A stretch of DNA of 64,000 nucleotides. Origin: Ostrea edulis. Taxonomy: Eukaryota. The position numbers were made by a program, and so were the translations under genes. A model generated the notes under the pieces. The model had not been told where the DNA came from, did not search any database, and saw only the letters and a list, made by a program, of their open reading frames with translations. The stretch spans positions 8,432,001-8,496,000 of the forward strand of contig NC_079170.1 of NCBI RefSeq assembly GCF_947568905.1, in the 5' to 3' direction. This document shows, piece by piece, positions 13,075 to 24,790 of the stretch; the first letter of the stretch is position 1; the number at the start of each line of letters is the position of its first letter.

Positions 13075-14352
13075 ATGGCAAAGTACTCCAGACCGCTCCG
13101 AAAAATTGGACCATATTGGAGATCACAATTACAGGGGGTATTTTGTATTTACAAGCCCCCAGAGTTATCCTACGCTGAACTCTGTAAATCATTACAGAAG
13201 ATTTTACTGGACGACTTAAACCAGTTGCCATGTTATCCAGGAGAACAATATCATAAAAATGCGTACTTGTCACGCGTTGCTCTTGCAAATCTGCCATCAT
13301 CAAGTGCGTCTTCTGTGAAGAAAATACCAATACAGCCACTGATGTTGTCAGATGATAGTCCCAGTTCAGAAAGCTGTGAGTCGTGTTTATCAGTGTCTGA
13401 TTCAGTGACCAGTGGAGAGTCCAAATCGAGAAATGATACAAGCATTGTAACAAAAAATCTTGTGGAGGAGGATAAATCTGTGTTGGAAAATCACGATCTA
13501 CTTGGGTTTGATTCAAGCAGTAATGAAGTAGTTACAGATGGTGAGCTGAGTGGAAAAAGGTATCTCTTCTCAAGTAAAGTAAAGGATTTAATCCTCCCAC
13601 CCCTTACAGACAGAAATGCTCTACAACACAGATTTGTGTGTGGGGACATGTTTGAACAGACTGATGTACGAGTGATTCCTGTGTATGATGGGTTAAACTA
13701 TGAATCGACCGGAGTGGTTCCTGTCTGTGTAGCCTATCGCAATAAGTACTCGTATTCCCTGAGGAACAGTCTGGAAAAGGAACTGTTTGTGAGGGTCTAC
13801 CATTTGTCTGGAACCTTAGGGTGGACTACACTGGACAATTCCCCACGGGCCAAGAAAATCCGGCGCCATTCATACGAACACGTAGGCAGAGCTGATATCG
13901 ATAAGATGTGTGGCCTGGCTCAGAACATGCATCAGTGGAGGATGTTGAATTATGCCGGGGTTCTCCCCGGCTCACAAGAGGCTTACGACTTACTAAAACA
14001 GGGACTCGTAAAACCAATTAATTCACTTACACCGCCATTGTTCTATGGTGTCAAGTGTATCAAATTTGAACCTCCACATTTTACACTAGAAGTACATTGT
14101 GTCAATGAAACGTACACTTTTCTGAGGGATTTTGTCTACAAAATTGGAGTGGCTGTGAGGTCCTCTGCCTTCTGTACTAAAGTGAGGCGGATTCGATATG
14201 GACCTATTGGTTTGGAGCATGCCCTGGTTGTGGAGGATTGGGACGTTAAGAAAATCGGGGCCAGTATCAAAGAGTGCAATAAACTGCTCCTCAGAAAAAA
14301 GAAGAAACATTCCATGGAAGAAAGTAACGAATTACAGACTGCTATTGACTAA
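13075..14352 (+). CDS. TRUB2: Mitochondrial TruB-family pseudouridine synthase TRUB2-like, 425 aa, single coding exon
   Basis: QLQGVFCIYKPP matches the TRUB2 motif LHGLFAVYKPP; SQEAYDLLKQGLVKP matches TQEAYEMAVRGLIRP; KFEPPHFTLEVHCVNET...IG..RSSAFCTKVRRIRYG matches the TRUB2 C-terminus. An acceptor TTGTTTGTAG lies directly before the ATG. Confidence 0.92.
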   Translation: MAKYSRPLRKIGPYWRSQLQGVFCIYKPPELSYAELCKSLQKILLDDLNQLPCYPGEQYHKNAYLSRVALANLPSSSASSVKKIPIQPLMLSDDSPSSESCESCLSVSDSVTSGESKSRNDTSIVTKNLVEEDKSVLENHDLLGFDSSSNEVVTDGELSGKRYLFSSKVKDLILPPLTDRNALQHRFVCGDMFEQTDVRVIPVYDGLNYESTGVVPVCVAYRNKYSYSLRNSLEKELFVRVYHLSGTLGWTTLDNSPRAKKIRRHSYEHVGRADIDKMCGLAQNMHQWRMLNYAGVLPGSQEAYDLLKQGLVKPINSLTPPLFYGVKCIKFEPPHFTLEVHCVNETYTFLRDFVYKIGVAVRSSAFCTKVRRIRYGPIGLEHALVVEDWDVKKIGASIKECNKLLLRKKKKHSMEESNELQTAID

Positions 14353-14835
14353 CTCAACAATCACAGAAAGGATTAGAAAAAAAATGTTTCTTCAGGAATA
14401 TTTTTATTTCTTTTAAGTGTTCTATTTTGACAGTAAAAAAAATGGGAAAATAGATTTCATACTCTTTCTTATAATACTGTGTAGGTGAACTTTAAAGCAA
14501 ATCTCATTAGCATGCCACAGTCATAATGAATTGTATGCAAGTGTGTTAATTTATGATCAATACCTCTATAGTATTAAATACAGATCAATGGCAACACTGA
14601 TAGCTCGCTTATTTACGACTGTGCTAGAATTTAAATACACTATCACTGAATGTGCACTATCAGTGTTTTACAACAGTTGATTAATGTTGTGATGTAATGG
14701 GAGTTTAAGGACATAACATATTAATAAGCAGTTTCAAAGAATTTGTTTCCATCTATTTCTAGAAAATAACATCGCTTATACCAAAGTGAATGACAGACAT
14801 ACAGAATACTCCAACTTTTCACCCCTTTCAACTAA

Positions 14836-15167
14836 GGCCAAAAAAAAAATGTTGGTTTCCACTTTCCCTACCTACCCTAAAAATTTCTGCCGACCCTAAC
14901 ACATTTTTTTCCATTCTCGCATATTTTGCTTTTTGAGAGTTTTTGTTTACAGTAAAGCGAAGAACTGTATTGATTCATCATAAATTTGATTTGATTACTA
15001 AATAATCACTATTATTTTATGCATAGTAGAATAGTAAATCATTAGAAAATTATTCAACATATAAAATCCACACACACAAAAAAAAAGAAAAAAATACCTG
15101 CCTACCGACCCTTAAAAATTTTGAGATGAAAGTGGAAACCAACATATATATATATTTTTTTTTTGCC
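14836..15167. mobile_element. PIF/Harbinger-type MITE between the convergent 3' ends of TRUB2 and the Hv gene
   Basis: TAA|GGCCAAAAAAAAATGTTGGTTTCCACTTT...AAAGTGGAAACCAACAT..TTTTTTTTGCC|TAA (3-bp TAA TSD). Confidence 0.8.
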
Positions 15168-15234
15168 TAATGTTGAAACATTAAAATTCTAAAGAAAAAT
15201 AATACAGTCGATATTTAATCTTCAATTGTCTATC

Positions 15235-18200
15235 TCAAGAATTGTTTTCATGCTGATCTACATCGGAAAATCCAAGCAGTTTTATTCCAAAATCGTCATC
15301 CAACTCATCGTCTTCAGAGCTATCGCAGGAGTCATCAGACCCGAGATGGAAATGAACAGAATGACGGGACTGCATGCGATATTGTGGACCATAGTCTGGA
15401 CACTTGGATGTAGATGACAGCTTTGTGCTTTTGGATATCGCCGATGTTAGGGGTTCGTGATCTGAGACCTGACTGTTTCGTGATTGAAATGGCATGACAA
15501 AAGTCTCTGTATCTTTGTGTGCTGAGGAAGGGGAATATTTCTCACTGGTATTTCTCTTTATGCATTGAAATTGCAGAGTTTTTTTCAGTTTTTGAAAATT
15601 TGTAGATATGTTACATCTTGGAGGATCTGAAAAATGAAATTGAAGCACAGGTTTTTTTTTTTATTATTTTTTTTTTTAAATATTACAGTACTTTGATTAA
15701 TGCAAGCAATAATATTAATACTAGCTTGCCAATCAAAAATTGGACCAAGACCAACAAGAGACACATTTAGCAAAGTTTCCTTTTGTAGCCTTTAGGTTTT
15801 GACCTTGAAAATACTTATTTTCCACAATATTCATGCCAATTATGAAAAATTCAAGAGTTCCTTTACCCCTTTTAAAAGCATATCTTCGTTCTAGCCTTAT
15901 CAAATTTAAACGTAAAATTATAGTCCTGACATTGACCTCTGACCCACAAGCAAATATGTACATGTCGGTGGGAACAAAATCCTCTCCTTAATCAATCTGT
16001 GAATATTCTTATGATGCATATTTACAATTTTATGTCATTTATGAATCTATTCTAAATTTGTTTTTTAATTTTAATGAAATATGTACGTATTGTTGCAGGC
16101 TTACTTACCTATTGATAATACGCATTCTGTTATTTTCGCCTGGGGGACGTTCTCATCAATGTACATGTCGCGCAACTCGTATATCACGTTCTGTGAAAAC
16201 AATGGTTTAATTAATATAGTGATTTGTGTTAGATTTTCACAATGGCTGAAACATTTTCTTTGATCCAGGAAGCAACTTATGTCCTGTGGGATTTAATGAC
16301 ATAAATTACGCTTTGGTTATTATTTACAAGTGTATCCATCTCATCTATTATAATTTTAAACTGTACATGTACCTTGTAATAAATATTTTTCTCAATTGCA
16401 ATTTCCAATTTCTTTTGAATTTTCTTTTTCTGTTTATATTCCATCTTCAGCTTTAAGTGGGCACGGTCCAAGACGGCTATCAAAAAGCCTAAAAATAGAA
16501 ACAGAATGTTACAGTGTCACACCTAAATTACAGTCGCAGCAACACCGTCATATCCAGTAAACTAAGACACGGATCTGGAGTGCCTGAGTGTGTCAAATTC
16601 CTCATGGTTTGAAACTTGTCAATATCCAGAAACATAATTTCAGTCATCAATATGTTTATCGTCGATTACCTTGACAGCAATGAAGTTGCTATCTTTGCTA
16701 GCCAAAGGTTTTCAGTCCTTGGGAGCAGAGTGGACCGAAAACCCTTGCCTAGCCATGATGTAAAAGTTGCTGAAAGTACTTTATTGTAGAGTACTATACT
16801 CTAGTTTTGTTAAATGTTTGAATATGAGTATGATGAGCAAGATGTAAGCTTTTTCCCGTAAAGTATTGTTAATTTTTGCTTTAGTTTATGATGGGGGCCC
16901 ATGGGTAGTCTTGATCTCACTTAAATACAGTCTACTCCTGATATACTGAAATTCAGGGATCAACCTTAATTGTTCGTTACATCCGAAATTCAATGTGACT
17001 GATGTTGAACTAGATATAGATAATGTTACTGGGGGGTTATGTTTTCTTCTGATCAATATAACAGTTCAACATAGTGACTTCAGTGTATGTGGAGTAGGAT
17101 GTAGTATAATGTACAGTAGTAATTTCACTTTAACTTATCATCAAATTGTCTCATTCAGGACTTGATTTCTATTTACTGTTTGCTACTCGAACAATGCGCC
17201 ATGGAATCAGAAAGGCCAGAATCTGCACCGCTTCCTCTAAAGGGTACGCCACCATTCCCTGGATGAAAACTAGATCCACCACAAATGATGAGAGTACGAT
17301 TATCCCATCAAGAAGCTATATATAAGAAAACAGATGTAAGATATTTCTACATGATCTACATTCTACACAGGGTATTTGACTGATTATGAAAAATGGATTC
17401 ATCAGACTCGTGTACCTCCATCTTCTTCCGGAATAAACGTGAACCGTAACAGAATATTTTCATCAAAACCTGAATAAGAGAGACAGTCAACAATATTAAT
17501 TGGAAGAGGGAGGTTAACATGTAAACGTTATAACTGTGGCAGATCCAGTCAATTTTCAGGAGGGAAGGGGGTGACCCAAAATACCGTTTCTGCCCCCCCA
17601 CACCCCCACCCCCGTCGGTCTCGAGTTCGATTCTTGATCACGGCGCCGAATCAAACCCGAGGATTGAGCAAGGCTCGCTAATCACGCGGAATTAGGAGAG
17701 AAAGTCGCGTTGGCAGCCTATACCAAGGGCGGATCCAGAAATTGCGGGGGTGGGGCAATTTCATGAGGTTGGGGGCCGCCTTCTTGAAGCGAAGCTCCTG
17801 GATCTTACAGATTTTTTAGGGCTTGAAATATGTCTCCTGTGTAGTCAGTTTCACTATTTTCTATTATTTTCAATAAGGTAAAATTTAATAGAATGGCGCA
17901 GAGTTAAGGGGTTTTGGAGAGAGAAAAAAGTAAGTTCTCTCAATAAAGTAAATCAATAAATTAAAAGATTTTGTATTTTTTCTCTCCGAGATTGGAAGAA
18001 ATTATTGCTTCTTTTGTCGTTTACACTTTTTCTAGACAAGAGACCACGATTTACTTTAACATGTTTAAATTTGACAATTTTAGAGGGACACGCCAGCTGC
18101 GCCTTCCCCCCTAAATTCCGCCACTGGCCTATACTACTACGACCTTCAGCGCGACGTGTAGGTATATTTGTGTAAAATTTCACAAATAAATCCTATAATT

Positions 18201-20733
18201 TAAAACACAAATTTCAAATCCCCCCCCCCCCCCCATAGGCCTAGATCAGATCGCCATGCCACTATGCCTAGAGGCAAATTCAGAAAGGGGAGGGGGGTCT
18301 CGGGAGTCCAAATATTTGTTAGTGGAAATAGTGTACTGAACAGGGAAAGTGATGTTATAAACATTAAACAGCATTACTTTGCCTTCCATTTTATTTATTT
18401 ATATTTTTTGGTCTAAAGTTTTCTCCAAACAATTGCCACTTTTGAAAAACGATGCTACGTGTCTCTATGTTCAACTGCAGTTGGAAACTTTCGGTGAGAG
18501 GCCGGATCACGTAGAGAAAAGCATATATACCAATGCATTCCACTACAGAACTGGTTACAGATTAAAATATTGCTTTTATAAGTTCTCCTTTACAACATAC
18601 AGCGATCTGTGCACAGTGAATTACTCCCTTCCAAAATTTTCTGGGTGCGCCTCTGCAGCATCAGATAATTTAATTAATCTTATAGGAGAACCTCTTGACA
18701 AGATTGAGTCGCTCTTTTTAAAGCTTGACTACCACTGCACAAATGTAAGAAATCAGATAAAGCCATTCTCACCATCATCGTCAGCATCCCAAGTATTGTA
18801 ATGCTGGTTTTGTGAAAAGCGTACGCTAGCCGTTCCTCCAGAACCGGCGTCTCCGTGTCATGACGTAAAAATCGCGGAACGTTCTCCTTCACAAAAGGGT
18901 CAACCACAGTATAGTTCGGCACGGTGGCGTTGTGAACGATATCGACAGTCTCGTTGCTATAAACACTGCGATACATCACCGACAGAATCCGATTGTAAAA
19001 TATATCAATGTCGTTGTGACCAAGGTCCCCGAAGTAGAGGGCGAAGTTTTCTGTGAGAATCATTGCAAAGCGGACCGTCAACAGCTTTGCTTTGTGCACC
19101 ATATCTTAAAAGAAAATTGATTTTCACTAACTATCTTGATTAACACATTACAATTACATGTATTAATTGCTTTATGTAAAAGGTTCATTGTTGCTGATTA
19201 CAGCTTTACCTTTGACAAAATGAATGTCGAGCAATAGTTCTCCCAACACAAGGACACAATCAAGGACGTTGAGGACCACTATTAACAGGAGCACCCTCTT
19301 ACTGCGCAGAATCTTCGCCCCCGAATTACGGAGTCTGAAAAGTAAGATTGAATCGCTTTTGAAATAAGACTCACATTTCAGTTGCACTGTGTGGATCCAC
19401 GTAAGGGATAACAGGTCGATTTAACGAGTTTTGACTGTGATTACAAACAACAATGGTCTCGGTATAACGAGTTTTGATTGTGATTACAGAACAACAATAG
19501 TCTCGGTATAACGAGTTTTGACTGTTATTACAGATCAACAATAGTCTCGGTATAACGAGTTTTGACTGTTATTACAGATCAACAATAGTCTCGGTATAAC
19601 GAGTTTTGATTGTGATTACAGAACAACAATAGTCTCGGTATAACGAGTTTTGATTGTGATTACAGAACAACAATGGTCTTGGTATAACGAGTTTTGACTG
19701 TGGTTACATAACAACAATAGTCTCGGAATAACGAGTTTTGACTGTGATTATATAGAACAGCAATGGTCTCGGTATAACGAGTTTTGAATGTATGTGTGAT
19801 TACAAAGCAACACATTTTCGATAAAACGAGTTTTGACTTTTATTACAGAGCAGCTACAGTCAGTATAGAGCATAATTTCGCTATATAACGAATTTCCACT
19901 GTGCAATGTAGTTTCAATAAAACGGGTTTTGACTGCATGATTACAGAACAAATATAGTCTCGATATTTATCGAATTTTGACTCTGATCCCAGAGCAACTA
20001 TAGTTTCGAAATTACGAGTTTTGACTGATTACAGAACTGTGAAATCTCGATATATAACGAATTTTGACTGATTACAGAACTGTGAAATCTCGATATATAA
20101 CGAATTTTGACTGATAACAGAACTGTGTAATCTCGATATATAACGAGTTTTGACTCATTACAGAACTATGTAATCTCGATATTCAACGAGTTTTGGCTGA
20201 TTACAGAAGTATTGTTTCGATATATCGAGTTTTGATGCTGATTACAGAATTATTGTTTCGATATATCGATTTTTGATGCTGATTACAGAAGTATTGTTTC
20301 GATATATCGAGTTTTGATGCTGATTACAGAATTATTGTTTCGATATATCGAGTTTTGATGCTGATTACAGAAGTATTGTTTCGATATATCGAGTTTTGAT
20401 GCTGATTACAGAAGTATTGTTTCGATATATCGAGTTTTGATGCTGATTACAGAAGTATTATTTCGATATATCGAGTTTTGATGCTGATTACAGAACTATG
20501 TAGTCTCGATATGTAACGAGTTTTGACTGATTACAGAAATATTGTTTCAATATATCGAGTTTTGACTGATTACAGAAGTATTGTTTCGATATATATCGAG
20601 TTTTGACTGATTACAGCGCTACTGTAGTCTCGGGATGGACAGCCTCTCGTTTGAGTTCTTTCTCTAAATGGTCCTCAACATCCTCCAGGGAAAAGTCCGG
20701 CATCGACAGCTGTCTGGCTAACTCGTCCACAGC
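15235..20733 (-). CDS. HVCN1: Voltage-gated proton channel (Hv/VSOP family, Hv3-like S4); 5'-most coding exon not identified
   Basis: Phase-consistent exons: 20733-20615, 19334-19210, 19104-18773, 17469-17416, 17315-17177, 16488-16373, 16190-16109, 15626-15235. S1 RVLLLIVVLNVLDCVLVLGELLLD contains the selectivity Asp; S2 LAYAFHKTSITILGMLTMMVLMKIF; S3 KKMELLDGIIVLSSFVVDLVF; S4 LAFLIPWRIVRVANSFLIAV; a coiled-coil-like segment follows. The symbol marks the family, not strict orthology. The donor at 20615 (CT|GTAATC) is weak and was chosen by phase. Confidence 0.85.
16928..17101. mobile_element. Tc1/mariner-type MITE (TA TSD); the same family occurs at 30036-30200
   Basis: TA|CAGTCTACTCC...GGAGTAGGATG|TA and TA|CAGTCTACTCC...GGTAGACTG|TA, sharing the internal CTGATGTTGAA..TAGATAATGTTACTGG. 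Confidence 0.75.
19423..20633. repeat. Compound minisatellite of about 40-44-bp units filling most of an Hv intron and overlapping the upstream exon end
   Basis: Units of the type GAGTTTTGACTG(TG)ATTACAGA..GTCTCGGTATAAC / ..GTTTCGATATATC change gradually along the array; the outermost unit overlaps the exon end CGAGACTACAGTAGCGCT|GTAATC. Confidence 0.92.
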
Positions 20734-20930
20734 CTGAAATAATATGTTAAAAACAGATGCCTAAAGCGCTCACGTGAGACCATTTACTAGAAGCTGAAAC
20801 AACTTTTAAAAACATTAAAATAAAGTAATTTTTTGTGTTTTGTGGTACACTGACAGCCATGTTTAAATCATAAATTTACTATCTACAGGAATGTCTCAAA
20901 AAAATCATCACTACATATCCAATATTTATG

Positions 20931-21024
20931 CAATCTGATTGAAATAAGATGTTTGATCCGCTCCGTTATTGTTAGCGACATAACAATAATGGAGCGGATC
21001 AAACATCTTATTTTAATCAGATTG
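20931..21024. mobile_element. 94-bp fold-back MITE with a 9-bp TSD (Mutator-like)
   Basis: ATATTTATG at 20922-20930 and 21025-21033; arms CAATCTGATT.AAATAAGATGTTTGATCCGCTCC.TTATTGTTA. Confidence 0.85.
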
Positions 21025-22614
21025 ATATTTATGCAAACATTGTTTGATATTTAGCTCATGTGAGACATAGGCTCAAATGAGCTTCTTTGATGAAAAAAAT
21101 ATTTTGTCTTTCGATTTTGATCTTCTCTAAGACCATACGACCAATTCTAAACAAAATGCACGGGGTATCGTCGGGTATGTTAGATAATATATGATTGACT
21201 AACGTCCCGAATGTATGATGCTTTGTCTATGCGCACTGTCACTCAGGCGAGCATTGTGACCGGTGGGCTCTTTCGATGGTTTGGCTCCGTTGCTTGAGGA
21301 TCTAATATGGATGGAAAGTCGAGGATAAGTACAATACTTATTATAGTTTGAGATTGAAAAGTTTCAAATTTAACTTAAGTGTTTGGTTTGAAACGCAGTT
21401 TTAGTAGAAAATAATCCGAAACAAGAAATTTTAAAACCCCTGCTAGACTCGAACGCACAGACTACAGCTCAGCAGTCCACACGTTATAACCTAATGGGCT
21501 ACCCAGCCCGGCAATGCAATAGTCCAGCCTTCAGAAAGAATAGTGGTAGCTGCAGAACTGTAGCTCTCTGAGCAAATATTGGGAGACATCTCTGATCTGT
21601 GTCATTGTTTGCTCAGAGCGTCAAATTTGCAGCTAGCATAGCAATCTCTATCCAGAGTTGTCGTTCCTTGCTCTCACTTACACCTCTGTTAACGTCTCAA
21701 AATAAGCAATGTTATTCCACATGTAAATCCACTTTTTTTTTTACGGCTAATAAAACTAAGAACTATCTTATAAAATATCGGGAAAATGTAGGACAAGCAA
21801 TTATTTGTAGATTTATTTCCATTACTATATATTCTTCATGTACCTATGTATAGGCTTGGTGCAATAGAACTACCCAATATCCACGTTTCAACCCAAATCA
21901 ATGCTTCTTGTGTCACAAAAAGACTTGACATCTGCTCAATATTTATTTATTTACGTATATTTTTGTAACTGACGTCAAAACCATACTTTATTTGAGCATA
22001 CGTGCCATTTTACAAAAATCTTGTAAACCGCTTGAGACGTTGACAGAGGTGTAAGTGAGTGTAAGGAACGATAACTCTGGGTAGAGATTGCTAGCATAGC
22101 GGAAGGAGTTATGCGTTAACATTTTTTGCTCATAATGGTCGATATTGTAGTTGTTCTAAAATCCGCTTAAATGATGAACACGCCCCGCTCAATATGAAAA
22201 CTAGTGTAATCCGATCGAATGTAAAATACCAACAGACACCATAGAAGTATGAATAATCATTCTTATATTTTCCTAGGCTGAATTATTCTTAGTTCCATAA
22301 AAACTGAGCGTTTCTCAGTTTGTTTAACAATTTTTATATTTCATATGCTGTTTTCCCAATACATTAAATCTAAGAAAAGAGAATTTAATTGGGTGGGGGC
22401 AGGGGTGGCACGCTTAAGATGATGACTGATAATTATGAACCCTGAGGGGGGGGGGGTGGCATCTTGATCAGGGAGTCCTCCCTCTCATGTCCCCTTTCTC
22501 CCGTCCCCTCCCTCCTTCTGTCACTATTTGAACCCCCTATTACCCCACCCCCCCATCCAACACCAGGTGAGGGTAAAAATTGACCAAGACCAACTACAGA
22601 CGTGAATCATCGTA

Positions 22615-23400
22615 ATCAATATAAAATCTAAGAAATCGCTTTAAAAAAAACTACTTCATACAATCAATATCAAATCTAAGAAATCACTGTAAAAAAAACT
22701 ACTTCATACAATCAATATCAAATCTAAGAAATCGCTGTAAAAAAAACTACTTCATACAATCAATATCAAATCTAAGAAATCGCAGTAAAAAAAACTACTT
22801 CATACAATCAATATCAAATCTAAGAAATCGCTGTAAAAAAACTACTTCATACAATCAATATCAAATCTAAGAAATCGCAGTAAAAAAAACTACTTCATAC
22901 AATCAATATCAAATCTAAGAAATCGCTGTAAAAAAAACTACTTCATACAATCAATATCAAATCTAAGAAATCACTGTAAAAAAAACTACTTCATACAATC
23001 AATATCAAATCTAAGAAATCGCTGTAAAAAAAACTACTTCATACAATCAATATCAAATCTAAGAAATCGCAGTAAAAAAAACTACTTCATACAATCAATA
23101 TCAAATCTAAGAAATCGCTGTAAAAAAACTACTTCATACAATCAATATCAAATCTAAGAAATCGCTGTAAAAAAAACTACTTCATACAATCAATATCAAA
23201 TCTAAGAAATCGCTGTAAAAAAACTACTTCATACAATCAATATCAAATCTAAGAAATCGCTGTAAAAAAACCTACTTCATACAATCAAAAACTACTTCAT
23301 ACAATCAATATCAAATCTAAGAAATCGCTGTAAAAAAAACTACTTCATACAATCAATATCAAATCTAAGAAATCGCTGTAAAAAAACTACTTCATACAAT
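22615..23400. repeat. 48-bp minisatellite, about 16 copies
   Basis: Unit AATCAATATCAAATCTAAGAAATCGCTGTAAAAAAAACTACTTCATAC. Confidence 0.97.
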
Positions 23401-24239
23401 TTCAAAGTCATGTCTTAGCTGCATATTCCATTGCGTAAAAATCCTACACCTGTGTAGTCTTGCTTGTGTCAACGTTAGCGAGAAAATGATTTACCTGAAC
23501 TTTAAGCACACAAGTTACATACCTTTACGGCCCTGTAAGTTACAGAGGGCCTACGATTGATCCCTAAGGAATCCTGGGACGATCCTTCACAATATCCCGT
23601 TTGTTTTTCCATTTTTTGTTTTAAGTATTCGCCTTTGAAGTGAAAATAATATTTGCTGGTGCTTGCATTATTTGTGTCTAGAATTAGTGTGACATTCGAC
23701 CACAAAGACAGATGTTTAACTCGCTGCCCTCGGAGACGAGAGCCCCGGGGGTCCGGTATTGGAGTAAACAATCAATCAGTCAACGTGAATGGAGGATCAC
23801 GTACATATGTTCACGGCAAGTTCTATGTGTTACATAACAATTTGGAGACAAATGTGAAGTGTTTACACATACACCATTGTTTTGTCATTGATATAAACCT
23901 GTGATGTTTTATCGTTTATATAATTTACGATAAATACGATGACATGCAAGTGACACTTCAAATTAGCGTAAACAATATGAAAAAGAGAAAGAAACAAGTT
24001 CAAAGTGCAAAGTATCAATACTTAATTTACTTGTGGTATGTCCCATGATCTCATTGTTTTAATATACACCCCCATAAGTGTAAAGTACACGTATATTACT
24101 CTGGTAACGTGCATTGCCTGGGATTTCTGTATTTCTGATGTTAACAAGAAGTATTTATATATACAAATACAGTGCACATAAAAGTCACCAACCACACCAG
24201 TATGTACTACAGTAGTGACAGATCAATAAAATTAGCTGT

Positions 24240-24790
24240 GTTAGCAAAATTATGGACAAAATTATGTTCAAACATTTGTTCAACTATTCTCATCAACGTT
24301 AAGATAACTTATTTTACAAGATTCAAGCGGGATTTTTGACAGGTCAATCTGTTAACCAGTTTCTCGAAACTTATCATAGCATTGTCAAAAGTATTGACGA
24401 AGGAAGAAAAATTTTGTAATTGCAATTTTTTTTTGGTGTGTGTGATCAGTCCAATGCATTTGACAGAGTTGGGCATAAAGGCTTAATTTTCAACTAAAAA
24501 TATATGATATCGGTGGGGATTTACTCGATTGGTTTGAAAGTCACTTGTGTAATTGAAAACAGAGAGTTATGTATAAAGATAAGCTATCATCTTGTAGAAT
24601 CATAAATGTTGGTGTACCACAGGGGGCAGTCCCTGACCCTTGTTATTTTTTATCGATGTAAATTAATGACGTAGCAGGAAATATTATCTCATTATGTAGA
24701 CTATTTGCATATGACAACTCATTACAATGTACATCATACAATATAACAAAGATTGGATATATATTGAATCACGATGTTAAAAAGTATAAA
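24240..24790 (+). pseudogene. Decayed CR1/L2-type reverse-transcriptase fragment
   Basis: Translation broken by frameshifts and stops: KIMDKIMFKHL..FQAGF..SNAFDRVGHKGL..LLDWFESHL..KQRV..GVPQGAV....NDV..CRLFAYDNS. Confidence 0.8.

Noticed and set aside
21180-21600. Candidate first coding exons of the Hv gene
   Set aside because: No combination gave a phase-compatible, stop-free join to the exon at 20733.
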